DNA of 61,691 bases, from NCBI GenBank assembly GCA_964587045.1, contig CAZPJY010000001.1:62001-123691 (forward strand). The letters run 5' to 3'. Origin of the DNA: an uncultured Methanosarcinales archaeon (GTDB taxonomy: Archaea > Nanobdellota > Nanobdellia > Woesearchaeales > CAZPJY01). A model generated the notes under the pieces. It saw only the letters and a program-made list of their open reading frames with translations, ran no database searches and was not told the origin of the DNA. The position numbers were made by a program, and so were the translations under genes. Positions 1 through 9,952 of the stretch are shown here, one piece after another (position 1 is the first letter of the stretch; each line of letters starts with the position of its first letter).

Positions 1-3000
1 CTGTTCGGGGAGAGCGCCACAGATTCTGTGACGGTCTCGTACGATCCGCTGTCCCTCCCCATCATCCCTCTGCTGAATGCGGTCCAGAGCCCTGTCCCAG
101 ACCCCCACGTGTTCGTGTCTGGCATGGTGACATATGTAGGGGGCGCGCCGGTCGCGGGAGGCGAGGTGGAGGTTTTCCTGAACGGCAGGTCAGCGGGCCG
201 CGCCTCGCTGGCTGATGACGGCAGCTTCTTTGCCCAGGTCACCTTGCGGGCCGACTACAACCTGGTGGAGGTCAGCGCGTACGACGCAGATGGGAACGGG
301 CCCAGCCAGATGTCACAGGCAAGGGAGATCCTCTGGGTGCAGGACGCGCCGAGGCTGGCTGAGCTATCGCCAGAAGAGGGCGCAGTGCTGAGGACGCTGA
401 CCGAGGCCACGGCAGTCCTGACTGAGGTGGACAGCGCCGGCATCAACCAGGCACTCTCGATACTTTCGGTTATAGATTCGGCCGGCAACTACGTCGGAAG
501 CCTGATGAACAGCATCGCCTCGGGTGAGAACGTGACCCTCGAGCTGCCGCTGTGGGAGGTGCTCGACGACGGGGTGTACACGGTCGAGGTCATGGCGGCA
601 GACAACATACAAAACATCAGGAGATATGTGTCTACTTTCAGGATTGACACCTCAGCGCCCGTCATACATCTCAACTACCCGTCAGAGGCCGTCGTTTACA
701 CCACCACCCCCTCCCTCGACGTCTACGGCAGGGTCGAGACAGACTACCCGCCGGTAGAGGTATACCTGGGCAGGGAAGGCGCGCTCGAGCCGGCGGTCGT
801 CATGGACAACGCCTTCGGCGACACCGACAACGACGGACTCACCAACTACAGGGAGAGCGTCCTTGGCACCAACCCTGCGCTGGCGGACTCAGACGGGGAC
901 GGCTTCCTCGACGCGGGAGAGCTGACCTCGGGGACGGATCCTCTGAACCCGTCATCCTCTCCTGCGGATGCGGACGGCGACGGGATGGACGACGAGTGGG
1001 AAGCACTGCACGACGCTTACGACCCTGTCGCTGACCAGGACGGCGACGGACTGCTCAACCGCGGTGAGTACGGCTACGGATTCGATCCCAACGACCCGAC
1101 GTCGTATCGCGAGTCGAAGGGTAGCGGCATGCCGAACGAATTCGCCTCGACCGTACAGCTTGAGGAGGGTGAAAACACGGTGGTGATCCGCGGAGTTGAC
1201 GGTCTGGCCAACAGCGGGGAGAGGAGGCTCACTGTCATACTGAAGCCTCAAGGAAGCTCGATGAGAATCATCAGCCCGTCGCAGGGCTATGTGAGCGTCT
1301 ACCCCGATATCACCGTTGAGGGGGTCTACGATGACGATTTCATCGACCGCATAGAGCTGTTCAGGGACGGCGAGCTCCTGGCGACGGCTTTGCCGTACGA
1401 CGGAAGCTTCGTGTTCGGCGTCAGACTGGACGCTGGGGAGAACCACCTGACCGTCAGGGAGCGCGACCTGTTCGGTGAGACGCTTGAGGACAGCGTTACC
1501 GTATTCTACGACGACACCCCGACTGAGGCTGAGCTGGTAGGCGACAACCCCTACTTCACGCGCGCCTCCAATATCGAGATATCAGGCGCGATAACGAGCG
1601 TGCGCGAGTACTACGCATGGGTGCGCCACACCTACCTGGGGCAGTCAGGCCTGACCACGTCGTACTATCCGATCCAGACCTCCGGCCAGTTCGCGGTTGA
1701 AGTGCCGTTGTACGAAGGAGAGAACCTGGTGGAGGTCAGGGTAAACGACTCCCTCGAGATAACCTCATCTGGGGTCCTGCACATAGTCCGCGACACCACG
1801 CAGCCCGAAGTGAGGGTCACGGCGCCGGAGGACGGCGACATAGCATCGGTCTCGACCAGCTCGCAGTTGGGAGGTGTGGCAGGGACCTATGAGGACTACT
1901 TCCAGAGCCTGACTGACTTCGACCAGGTCGACACTATAGAGAGGATCCAGTTCTTCAGGAACTCCGAGCTCATCGCGACAGAGCTTTCGCCATACAACAA
2001 CCTGTTCTTCCAGGACATGCCTCTCAGGGAGGGGCCCAACAGGCTCGAGGTGCACGGCCTGGACATGATGGGCAACATCGGGATGGATGAGGTGACGGTC
2101 GAGATCGACAGGACTCCCCCGACCATCGGCGTCTCCTCATTGACCGGCGACCCCGGCAGGGTCGTTGAGGGAGATGGCACGGCCTTCTTGACCAACAGCC
2201 AGTCTGTCGAGGTTAGAGGGTACTACATCGATGAGAACATCGGCACCGTCACTGTCGGCGATACGCAGGCCGACCTGAACGGAGGGACGTTCAGCGCGTC
2301 GGTCAGGCTGCAGGAGGGCGACAATGAGGTGGCCGTTCTCGCAAGGGACCTCGCCGGCCTGGAAAGCTATCCTGTCACCCTGAGCATATTCCTGGACTCC
2401 ACGCCACCAACGGTTTCCATTGTCGAGCCGTCCTCTCTCAGGACGACCGACGACACGCCTTACTTCGCGGCGGCGACCGATGAGGAGGCCCAATGCTCCA
2501 TAACCTACTTCGCGCAGTACCTTGACGACTACTTCGAGCAGCCCATGAGCACCCAGGACGGGCTCTACCACACCGCGACCGCAGACTACAGGCTTCCCTC
2601 CCAGTTCTTCGGCAACGCGGAATCTGATTTCACCATAACATGCACAGACGAGCTGGGCAATGAGGGTTCGGAGCATTATGACATAGTGGTGGACGGCATG
2701 GCGCCGCAGCTCACCGGATTCGCCTCCACCAATGGAATCCTCCAGGAGTCAACCCATTACAGGAAGAGCTACATGGTGCTAGCTGACTCCATAACCCAGC
2801 TGACCGTCGACGCCTCAGAGCCTGTCAGGTGCAGGTACGGGCCCACGACCGACTACAACTCGATGACTCCTTTCGCGGACGGCGGACTCTACGAGCTCCA
2901 CCCGCGCAGCGGCTACATACTGCTGGACAACCGCCAGAACTACACTTATTACCTCACGTGCGAGGACCTGTCTGGCCAGAGGTCCGAGGCAAGGATCATC

Positions 3001-4293
3001 GATCTTCAGGTCTTCATCGACATGGCCATCCAGCTGTACAACGTGCGGCCGACCGGTTACATCAACGATCCGACGCCGACTGTTACTGTAGAGACGGCTT
3101 GGGATGCGCAGTGCCTCCTGCAGAAGCACTCGCCCCAGTTCGTCAGCTACTGGTACGAGACCAACCGCGGCCTGACCGAGGCGGTGAACACCCAGATGTT
3201 CAAGGAGAAGGAAGGCAACTACTGGAGGCACTCCATCACCCTGGAGTCAACTGCGGACCCAAGCGAGCACACGCCGCTCGAAGAGGACGGCAACTACAGG
3301 TTCACAGTCGCATGCTTTGACCCGTTCGGACAGCTAGATCCGGGATCCGTCGACATAAACTTCACCATCGACACGGTCATCGAGCCGCCGGTCATCGCAT
3401 ACCCGCATGACGGGGACATTTTCACTCACTCATACATAGAAGTCAACGGCACCGCTGAGAGGTACTCCACAGTGAGGGTGTACGTGCAAAACCAGCTCCA
3501 GGACATACTGCGCCTGCAGGAGACCGTCGAGCTCGACAGCGACGAGTTCGCTGTCTTCATAGGGCTCAAGGAAGGCGACAACACGATAATCGTCAGGTCG
3601 ATCGACAGGGCGGGGAACTTCGCCGATACCAACATCACCGTCGGGTTCACCAACCTGGGGCCGCGTGTTGACATCGCTGTTGAGCCGGCAGGAGGCGTAG
3701 TCAACGAGCTAGATGACATAGTCGCCAGGTTCACGCCCAAGCGTGGCGATCCGGGCACCCCTCTGGACCTGTCGAGGACGGAGATCATATTCACGAGGAT
3801 ACGCGTGAATCCGCATATTGACGTACCCGGAGAGACTGTGATAAACGCGTTCGACAGGATGACATACACCCCGACCGAGCGGCCTCTCACGACCAAGGGC
3901 ACGTACAAGATAGCGGTCATTCCGCGGGACGCGCAGGGCAATGAGGGCGAGGTCAAGGTCGTGAACCTAGGGATAGATCCTCTGGCTCCTGAGATAAGCG
4001 TAGAGTCTCCGACAGTTGACAGGACACGGGACCCGCTGGTGGTGTTCTCGGGTGCGGTCTCCAGGAATCCGGACTATGCGCTGCTTATCGTCTATGACCA
4101 GTTCTTCAGGTCTGAGACCTATCTGCTCGATCTGGATAGTGAGGGAAGGTTTAATGAGACAGTGTCGCTCTCTGATGGCCCGAACTACTTTGTCATACGC
4201 AGCGAAGTGAGCGGAAACGAAGGGGAGACTCCCGAAAGGACGATCTACCTGGACAGGGTCGGCCCGCAGATAATAAGGTTCCAGATCATATAA
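1..4293 (+). CDS. Giant surface protein with tandem Ig-like domains and TSP3-like Ca-binding repeats; 5' partial
   Basis: Frame is open from base 1 (LFGESATDSVTVSYD, echoing the internal DLFGETLEDSVTVFYD). Repeated LxEGxNxIxVxAxDxxGN...VxxDxTPP Ig-like units, DxDGDG clusters at about 820-1100 and disulfide-type Ig units (TDEEAQC...CTDELGN). Confidence 0.85.
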   Translation: MFGESATDSVTVSYDPLSLPIIPLLNAVQSPVPDPHVFVSGMVTYVGGAPVAGGEVEVFLNGRSAGRASLADDGSFFAQVTLRADYNLVEVSAYDADGNGPSQMSQAREILWVQDAPRLAELSPEEGAVLRTLTEATAVLTEVDSAGINQALSILSVIDSAGNYVGSLMNSIASGENVTLELPLWEVLDDGVYTVEVMAADNIQNIRRYVSTFRIDTSAPVIHLNYPSEAVVYTTTPSLDVYGRVETDYPPVEVYLGREGALEPAVVMDNAFGDTDNDGLTNYRESVLGTNPALADSDGDGFLDAGELTSGTDPLNPSSSPADADGDGMDDEWEALHDAYDPVADQDGDGLLNRGEYGYGFDPNDPTSYRESKGSGMPNEFASTVQLEEGENTVVIRGVDGLANSGERRLTVILKPQGSSMRIISPSQGYVSVYPDITVEGVYDDDFIDRIELFRDGELLATALPYDGSFVFGVRLDAGENHLTVRERDLFGETLEDSVTVFYDDTPTEAELVGDNPYFTRASNIEISGAITSVREYYAWVRHTYLGQSGLTTSYYPIQTSGQFAVEVPLYEGENLVEVRVNDSLEITSSGVLHIVRDTTQPEVRVTAPEDGDIASVSTSSQLGGVAGTYEDYFQSLTDFDQVDTIERIQFFRNSELIATELSPYNNLFFQDMPLREGPNRLEVHGLDMMGNIGMDEVTVEIDRTPPTIGVSSLTGDPGRVVEGDGTAFLTNSQSVEVRGYYIDENIGTVTVGDTQADLNGGTFSASVRLQEGDNEVAVLARDLAGLESYPVTLSIFLDSTPPTVSIVEPSSLRTTDDTPYFAAATDEEAQCSITYFAQYLDDYFEQPMSTQDGLYHTATADYRLPSQFFGNAESDFTITCTDELGNEGSEHYDIVVDGMAPQLTGFASTNGILQESTHYRKSYMVLADSITQLTVDASEPVRCRYGPTTDYNSMTPFADGGLYELHPRSGYILLDNRQNYTYYLTCEDLSGQRSEARIIDLQVFIDMAIQLYNVRPTGYINDPTPTVTVETAWDAQCLLQKHSPQFVSYWYETNRGLTEAVNTQMFKEKEGNYWRHSITLESTADPSEHTPLEEDGNYRFTVACFDPFGQLDPGSVDINFTIDTVIEPPVIAYPHDGDIFTHSYIEVNGTAERYSTVRVYVQNQLQDILRLQETVELDSDEFAVFIGLKEGDNTIIVRSIDRAGNFADTNITVGFTNLGPRVDIAVEPAGGVVNELDDIVARFTPKRGDPGTPLDLSRTEIIFTRIRVNPHIDVPGETVINAFDRMTYTPTERPLTTKGTYKIAVIPRDAQGNEGEVKVVNLGIDPLAPEISVESPTVDRTRDPLVVFSGAVSRNPDYALLIVYDQFFRSETYLLDLDSEGRFNETVSLSDGPNYFVIRSEVSGNEGETPERTIYLDRVGPQIIRFQII

Positions 4294-4303
4294 AGTGGTA
4301 TCA

Positions 4304-7300
4304 ATGAGAAAAGAGGTGCTCTTCCTAGTAGTGATGATGCTTCTTGTAGGTGTATCCCTCGCCGACACCTACTACCGCCAGGGCATATACTACACAAACA
4401 ACACGAGGCCCTCATTCGTGTTCGACTTCGGGGAGGAGAGCTTCGTGATCAACTCATCCCTCAAGGACTCAACCCAGGAGACCTACAGCCTGTCGCAGCC
4501 GTTGAGCCAGGATAACATCACCTTCCGCATAAACGTGACTGAGGACCTGCCGGAGGACGGGTTCACGTTCGAGGTCTTCGCAAACGACACCGTGGGCAAC
4601 ATCAACCACACGACGATAATGCTCGTGGTTGACGTCACCCCTCCCCAGCTGCTTGACATCTACCCTGGCGCCGGCGCGGTCATCGAGGACTCAACTCCCG
4701 AGTTCAGGATTCAGTTCAACGAGCCAGTGCTCACGAGCCCGCCATCGCCGCCCGTGCAGCCCTGGGGCGGGCAGATATTCCTGATCAACGTGTCCAACGG
4801 GGCTTTCCAGAGCCTGTATTTCGGCGGGCCGGACAACATGCTGTTCACGTACCTGCCGCCGTACGACATCTCCGACGGGCAGAAGAATTATTCCGTGCTG
4901 GTGTCCGACTTCTCAGGCAACCTGCTGTACCATTCACACCTTTTTGCTATAAACACGCACCCCCTCAACATTCAGCTCATCCAGCCCAGGTTCGGGGTGG
5001 CCAACGCAAGCACCTTCGATGTAGTCATATCGACGAGCGCGCCGTCGGAGTGCCGCTTCTCTTTCAGCAACGACGCATTCGCCTCGATGTCCCCTTCATC
5101 ATTCACTCAGACCGGTGCGTACCAGCACGTGATTGGGGATTTCGATTACCTTGCAAACCCCAGGGATGAGGACATCATCTACGTCAAGTGCAGGGACTAC
5201 CTGGAGATAGTCCATTCAGGGCAGTACACCCTGTCATACCTCAACGGCCCGTCTTCCCTTAACATAGACATAGACCCGAACCCGATAATCGAGTGGGACA
5301 AGACCACGACCGTGACGGTGCAGTCCATCGATGACATCCAGTGCAAGTACAGCAATGCGTCCGGGGTCTACGGCCTGATGACCCAATTCCCTGGCTATGA
5401 CGAGGACGACCGTAACGCTTATGCGTCGTACCACGAGCTGTTCATGTCTAGCCAGTTCCAGTACGTGACTGATGAGGGGCAGCATTCCTTCCCGTACAAC
5501 TTCTCCTGCATCAACCTCGCGGGCTTCGTGACCGCGCCGCAGCAGAGGACCATCTCCATGGACCTGAGCATACCGCTGACCCTCGAGGTGATAAGCCCTG
5601 AGCGCTACACGGCCAACAGGCAGATAAGCGTCAATGTCACCACCAACAAGCCCGCGGACTGCGTCTACGACAACGAATCGGTAGGCATTGACTCCCCCAG
5701 CCTGGGCGAGAGCGACTCCTATGTACACTACGTCGCAATAGGCTCCCTGCCTGACGGCGAATACGACTACAACATCGAATGCACCAAGGGCACCGACATC
5801 ATAAGGGAAGTCATCACTTTCACCATCGACACCACCCCTCCCTCAACCCCGATCATCGATGACAGGAACTTCTCCTGCGACACGACCTATCTGGAGGCTT
5901 ACTGGGAGGCCTACGACAACGAGTCAGGCATCGACCATTACGAGTACATGGTAGAGGACTCGAACGGGAACGAGTTCATCGGCTGGCTGGAGACCGACGA
6001 CGACGACGCGCAGCTTAGGTACCTCAACCTGACCGACGTGAAGTACTACTGGCGCGTCAGGGCCATAAACAGGGTGGGGGTGCCTGGGGAGATAGGGACC
6101 AGCAGGGGAGTCACCATCGACCCGGGGGCTCCGCAGTGCAGGGAACAGGTCCCTCCAGTGGGTACGTTGCTTGTCACTTACGACTCGTTCGGCCAGGCCC
6201 AGGTCGAGATACTCTGCCAGGACGCAGGTAGCGGGTGTGCGGCGAACTCCACGCGGTACGACTTCGTCCCATACGGCCTGCCTTGCAGCCCCAGCATACC
6301 CTACGTGGGGCCGTTTAAGCTGACGCAGGACGCTGTCGTGTGCTGGGCGGTATATGACAACGCCGGAAACGAAGGCACCGGGAACAGGAACGTGACCGTC
6401 GAGGAAGGCGGGTTTCCGTCGGATTCCTGCTCGAACGGCGCCCTGGACATGGGAGAGAGCGACGTCGACTGCGGGGGTCCCTGCGAGCCCTGCATGGCAG
6501 GTTCCGCATGCATTGACAGCAGCGACTGCGAGTCCCAGTTCTGCGATGAGAACGTCTGCGTCCAGCCTGCCTGCGATGACGGCGTGATGAACGGGGACGA
6601 GACCGATGCGGACTGCGGGGGAAGCTGTCCTGGAAAGTGCGAGATTGACGAGGCCTGCATAGTCGATGAGGACTGCATGAGCGGCGTGTGCACCGACGGG
6701 GTCTGCGTGCCTCCGAGCTGCACCGACCGGAGGCTCAACCAGAACGAGACCGACGTGGACTGCGGCGGCGAATGCCCCAAGTGCGACATCGGCAAGAACT
6801 GCATGACGGACCGCGATTGCGACTCGGACTACTGCGAGCTGACAGAGGCCAAGTGTGAGGACTACATGCTCAAGGACTCAGACGGCGACGGCATGCCAGA
6901 CTACTGGGAGATAAAGTACTACCTGAACCCTAACGATCCCTCTGACGCGGACCGGGACGACGACAACGACGGCCTGACTAATCTCGACGAGTTCGAGTTC
7001 GGCACCGACCCGACCAATCCCGACACTGATGACGACGGCGTCTCTGACGGAAGGGAGGTCTCGGAGGGAAGCGATCCCAACGACCCGTACGACAAGCCAG
7101 AATCGAACCTACTCAATCTCATACTGGTAATCATTGGAGCTTTGCTTTTGGCTGGAGGGGCTGTTTTCCTGTTCCTTCACAGGAGGCAGAGGAATGAGGC
7201 AGCAAAGCTCGCCAGGGCGGCGATGCCAGCGCCTTCAACCAAATCCTCTGCCCGGGCGATAAACATCCTGCGCCAGCACCCCCACGTCTCGCGTGAGATG

Positions 7301-8356
7301 AGCGAGACCCAAAAGAAGATGGACGAGGCCTTCAAGCAAAAGAGCCTCGAGAAGAGCGAGCAGAGGCGCAGCCTGTTTGACGTCTTCTCTCCCAGGAAGG
7401 AGGGTGAGGAGAAGCCTTCCGAGGAGAAGAAGGAGAAGGAGGAGAAGAAGGGCAAGAAGCTCGATGAGGGCATCGATGAGGAATGGATAGACATCGACAT
7501 CCTATCAGGCAAGAAGAAGCCGGAGAAGAAGCCTGCCCAGGAGAAAAAGAAGAAGGAAGAGGACGGCACCTTCGGAAAGCTCGCGGGCCTATCCAAGAAG
7601 AAGGAGAAAGAAGACCTCTTCGGCAGGCTCGACAAGCTGGCCAAGCCCAAAGGCGAAGAGGACCTCTTTGGCAAGCTGGGGAAGCTCTCGAAGCCCAAGA
7701 AGGAGAAGGGTGACCTTTTCGGCAAGCTCGACAAGATCAACAAGGAGAACGTGGACCAGACCAAGAAGAAGATAGACAGGGTGAGGAGCCTCAAGAAAAA
7801 GAAGAAGGGACAGGCGCACACCCACATATTCATCTACGTGCTCGCGATAATTATCATGTCCCTCGTCATAGGCTACGGCTATAATGCTGTGGCGGGTTTC
7901 CGCCAGCAGGCGGACGAGGTGGTTTACGTCAAGTTCAAGGCTGAGCTGTCCAAGATGGTCACCAAGATGGGTTCTGAGTACAAGTCTGTGGTCAAGACCC
8001 AGATGGACGTGCCTACCAAGTACGGAAAGATATGCTTCATACAGAGGATCGACCCTGCAATCCAGGTCTTCACCAGATGGGATGAAGACTTGTGCGATGG
8101 GCACAGCGCTCCTGTCCCGGATGAGCCGCTGGTCTGCGACAGCTGGTTCGACGGCCTGACCAACCGGATGAGGACGGATGTCAGCGACAACGTCTTCCTG
8201 CTGGAGGACCTTTCGGGCGACGCTTTCTTCGTGGACAAGATCGCGGTAAAGCCGGCCACTCCCGGTCAGCATTTCCTGTGCGTCGACGTCGTCGGGGGTA
8301 AGATAAGGCTACAGCTTCAGGGGGAGGGCGATGTCACGCGCATCTCCACGTGGTAA
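4304..8356 (+). CDS. Large membrane-anchored surface protein (signal peptide, Ig/FN3-like, Cys-rich and TSP3-like repeats, TM helix, Lys-rich tail) with a C-terminal pilin-like domain
   Basis: MRKEVLFLVVMMLLVGVSLA signal peptide; FN3-like YYWRVRAIN; three DxDCGG repeats; DSDGDGMPD repeats; TM LILVIIGALLLAGGAVFLFL; then KKKGQ plus hydrophobic helix near 7800. ATG 4304 preferred over GTG 4295. Confidence 0.85.
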   Translation: MRKEVLFLVVMMLLVGVSLADTYYRQGIYYTNNTRPSFVFDFGEESFVINSSLKDSTQETYSLSQPLSQDNITFRINVTEDLPEDGFTFEVFANDTVGNINHTTIMLVVDVTPPQLLDIYPGAGAVIEDSTPEFRIQFNEPVLTSPPSPPVQPWGGQIFLINVSNGAFQSLYFGGPDNMLFTYLPPYDISDGQKNYSVLVSDFSGNLLYHSHLFAINTHPLNIQLIQPRFGVANASTFDVVISTSAPSECRFSFSNDAFASMSPSSFTQTGAYQHVIGDFDYLANPRDEDIIYVKCRDYLEIVHSGQYTLSYLNGPSSLNIDIDPNPIIEWDKTTTVTVQSIDDIQCKYSNASGVYGLMTQFPGYDEDDRNAYASYHELFMSSQFQYVTDEGQHSFPYNFSCINLAGFVTAPQQRTISMDLSIPLTLEVISPERYTANRQISVNVTTNKPADCVYDNESVGIDSPSLGESDSYVHYVAIGSLPDGEYDYNIECTKGTDIIREVITFTIDTTPPSTPIIDDRNFSCDTTYLEAYWEAYDNESGIDHYEYMVEDSNGNEFIGWLETDDDDAQLRYLNLTDVKYYWRVRAINRVGVPGEIGTSRGVTIDPGAPQCREQVPPVGTLLVTYDSFGQAQVEILCQDAGSGCAANSTRYDFVPYGLPCSPSIPYVGPFKLTQDAVVCWAVYDNAGNEGTGNRNVTVEEGGFPSDSCSNGALDMGESDVDCGGPCEPCMAGSACIDSSDCESQFCDENVCVQPACDDGVMNGDETDADCGGSCPGKCEIDEACIVDEDCMSGVCTDGVCVPPSCTDRRLNQNETDVDCGGECPKCDIGKNCMTDRDCDSDYCELTEAKCEDYMLKDSDGDGMPDYWEIKYYLNPNDPSDADRDDDNDGLTNLDEFEFGTDPTNPDTDDDGVSDGREVSEGSDPNDPYDKPESNLLNLILVIIGALLLAGGAVFLFLHRRQRNEAAKLARAAMPAPSTKSSARAINILRQHPHVSREMSETQKKMDEAFKQKSLEKSEQRRSLFDVFSPRKEGEEKPSEEKKEKEEKKGKKLDEGIDEEWIDIDILSGKKKPEKKPAQEKKKKEEDGTFGKLAGLSKKKEKEDLFGRLDKLAKPKGEEDLFGKLGKLSKPKKEKGDLFGKLDKINKENVDQTKKKIDRVRSLKKKKKGQAHTHIFIYVLAIIIMSLVIGYGYNAVAGFRQQADEVVYVKFKAELSKMVTKMGSEYKSVVKTQMDVPTKYGKICFIQRIDPAIQVFTRWDEDLCDGHSAPVPDEPLVCDSWFDGLTNRMRTDVSDNVFLLEDLSGDAFFVDKIAVKPATPGQHFLCVDVVGGKIRLQLQGEGDVTRISTW
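6427..6856 (+). repeat. Three Cys-rich repeats (C-x-[ND]...E[ST]DxDCGG-x-C...C...DC-x-S-x2-C)
   Basis: CSNGALDMGESDVDCGGPCEPC, CDDGVMNGDETDADCGGSCPGKC and CTDRRLNQNETDVDCGGECPKC in the translation. Confidence 0.85.
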
Positions 8357-9410
8357 GCGGGGCATTATGGAGGTCCAGTTCAGCTGGATCTTCATCCTGG
8401 TCGTCGGCGGCCTGATACTGCTGTTCTTCGTCGCCATGGTCAACAGCCAGCGCGACTCCGCGGACACCAAGTTCTCAGCGACGCTGGCCAGGAGGCTGCA
8501 GTCGATAATGACAGGGGTCGAAGTCAGCGCTGGGACGGCCCACGAGATAGCCATACCGAAGACCAAGATTCTCGTGGACTGCAACAGCTTCTCCATCGGA
8601 AAGACCAGCAGGGTGTTCAAGAACCGAATACTGTACTCGCCAGACTTAATCAAGGGCCGCGAGCTGTTCACATGGACAGTGAGGTGGTCGGCGCCCTTCC
8701 CGGTCACCAATCTGGTGATGATGACCAGCTCCGACGTAATATACGTCTTCGTGAACTCTTCGGGACTGCCTTTCGAGGAATATCCGCAGCAGCTCTACGA
8801 GGAGCTGCCAGACAACATCACAAAGAGGATAGTGAGCAGAGCCTCAGACCTCCAGGACATCGACTTTTCCAACTACTACAAGGTCAAGATGGTGTTCATC
8901 GACGACCCTGGAAGCGAGGCCGCCTACGTGACAGGCATACCGGAGGTGGACGTGAAGGCCATCAAGATAGAGCCCCAGGCAACCTACGGCGGCACCATGG
9001 AGCGCAGCTACGGACAGATACGCTTCTACAGGAAGAGGTCGGGGTCCTTCGTCTTGGAGGACGCGGCTGAGCCATCGCTCCCTTACGTCGGGCTGGCCAT
9101 GATGGCAGGCGCGGTCTTTGCGGAGGGGGAGGAGATGTACGGTTGCTCGCTTGCCAAGGCGTCCTCGCGCCTGGATCTGGGGATACTGCTGACCATGGAC
9201 AGGGCCAGCGGGTTGAGGAAGCTCTTGCATTTCGCCAACCTGGAGCCGGGGAGCCCGCTTTCTGGCTGCGTGTACTACAGCCTCATGAACCTGGAGATAA
9301 TGCACGACAACTCAGACCTTTCCGACCTGGTGGCCTTTGGGAACGCTGCCCAGGAGCTTTACAGGCAGAACGAGGTGCTGGAGGAATACTCATGCCCGCT
9401 AATATACTGA
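8331..9410 (+). CDS. Class III signal peptide (pilin-like) protein
   Basis: RGKRG/IMEVQFSWIFILVVGGLILLFFV: basic residues, Gly, then a hydrophobic helix; overlaps the upstream stop. Confidence 0.75.
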   Translation: MSRASPRGKRGIMEVQFSWIFILVVGGLILLFFVAMVNSQRDSADTKFSATLARRLQSIMTGVEVSAGTAHEIAIPKTKILVDCNSFSIGKTSRVFKNRILYSPDLIKGRELFTWTVRWSAPFPVTNLVMMTSSDVIYVFVNSSGLPFEEYPQQLYEELPDNITKRIVSRASDLQDIDFSNYYKVKMVFIDDPGSEAAYVTGIPEVDVKAIKIEPQATYGGTMERSYGQIRFYRKRSGSFVLEDAAEPSLPYVGLAMMAGAVFAEGEEMYGCSLAKASSRLDLGILLTMDRASGLRKLLHFANLEPGSPLSGCVYYSLMNLEIMHDNSDLSDLVAFGNAAQELYRQNEVLEEYSCPLIY

Positions 9411-9952
9411 GGAAGGCGCAGATCAAGATGGCCGAGTCGGTCGGCGTGCTCTTCATATTCTTCATACTGCTCGGCTTCGGCATGATATTCTACTCAAACT
9501 TCCAAAAGAGCGGAATGGCTGAGACCCAGCTCGAGTTCTCGGAGATGACAGCCGTCGAGCTTTCCCAGAAGATCTCCTTCCTGCCCGAGATCGCCTGCAC
9601 CAAGAACGGTGTCGTCGACCAGGACTGCTTCGACATAATCAAGCTTGACAACCTGACCAAGAGGATAAAGGACAGGCACGACGACACCTTCATGGACTAT
9701 TACAGCCAGGTGTTCGGCAATGCTAACATTACGGTCACGCAGGTGTACCCTCTCGTTGACCCCGACGAAGACCCCTACAACCCCTCCACGCACAGGTCTT
9801 GGTACCTATACAACCGCACCCCTCCGGGCCAGTACAGCACGTTCTTCACCCAGGTGCCGGTGGTGCTCTTCAACGCGACCACAGGCGACCCTGACGAGAG
9901 GTATTTCGGCGTGCTCGAGGTGGAGGTATACGTCCCGGTGGTGACAGGATGA
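9392..9952 (+). CDS. Class III signal peptide (pilin-like) protein
   Basis: Start re-called at ATG 9392 after GGAGG; LRKA/QIKMAESVGVLFIFFILLGFG. Confidence 0.8.
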   Translation: MPANILRKAQIKMAESVGVLFIFFILLGFGMIFYSNFQKSGMAETQLEFSEMTAVELSQKISFLPEIACTKNGVVDQDCFDIIKLDNLTKRIKDRHDDTFMDYYSQVFGNANITVTQVYPLVDPDEDPYNPSTHRSWYLYNRTPPGQYSTFFTQVPVVLFNATTGDPDERYFGVLEVEVYVPVVTG

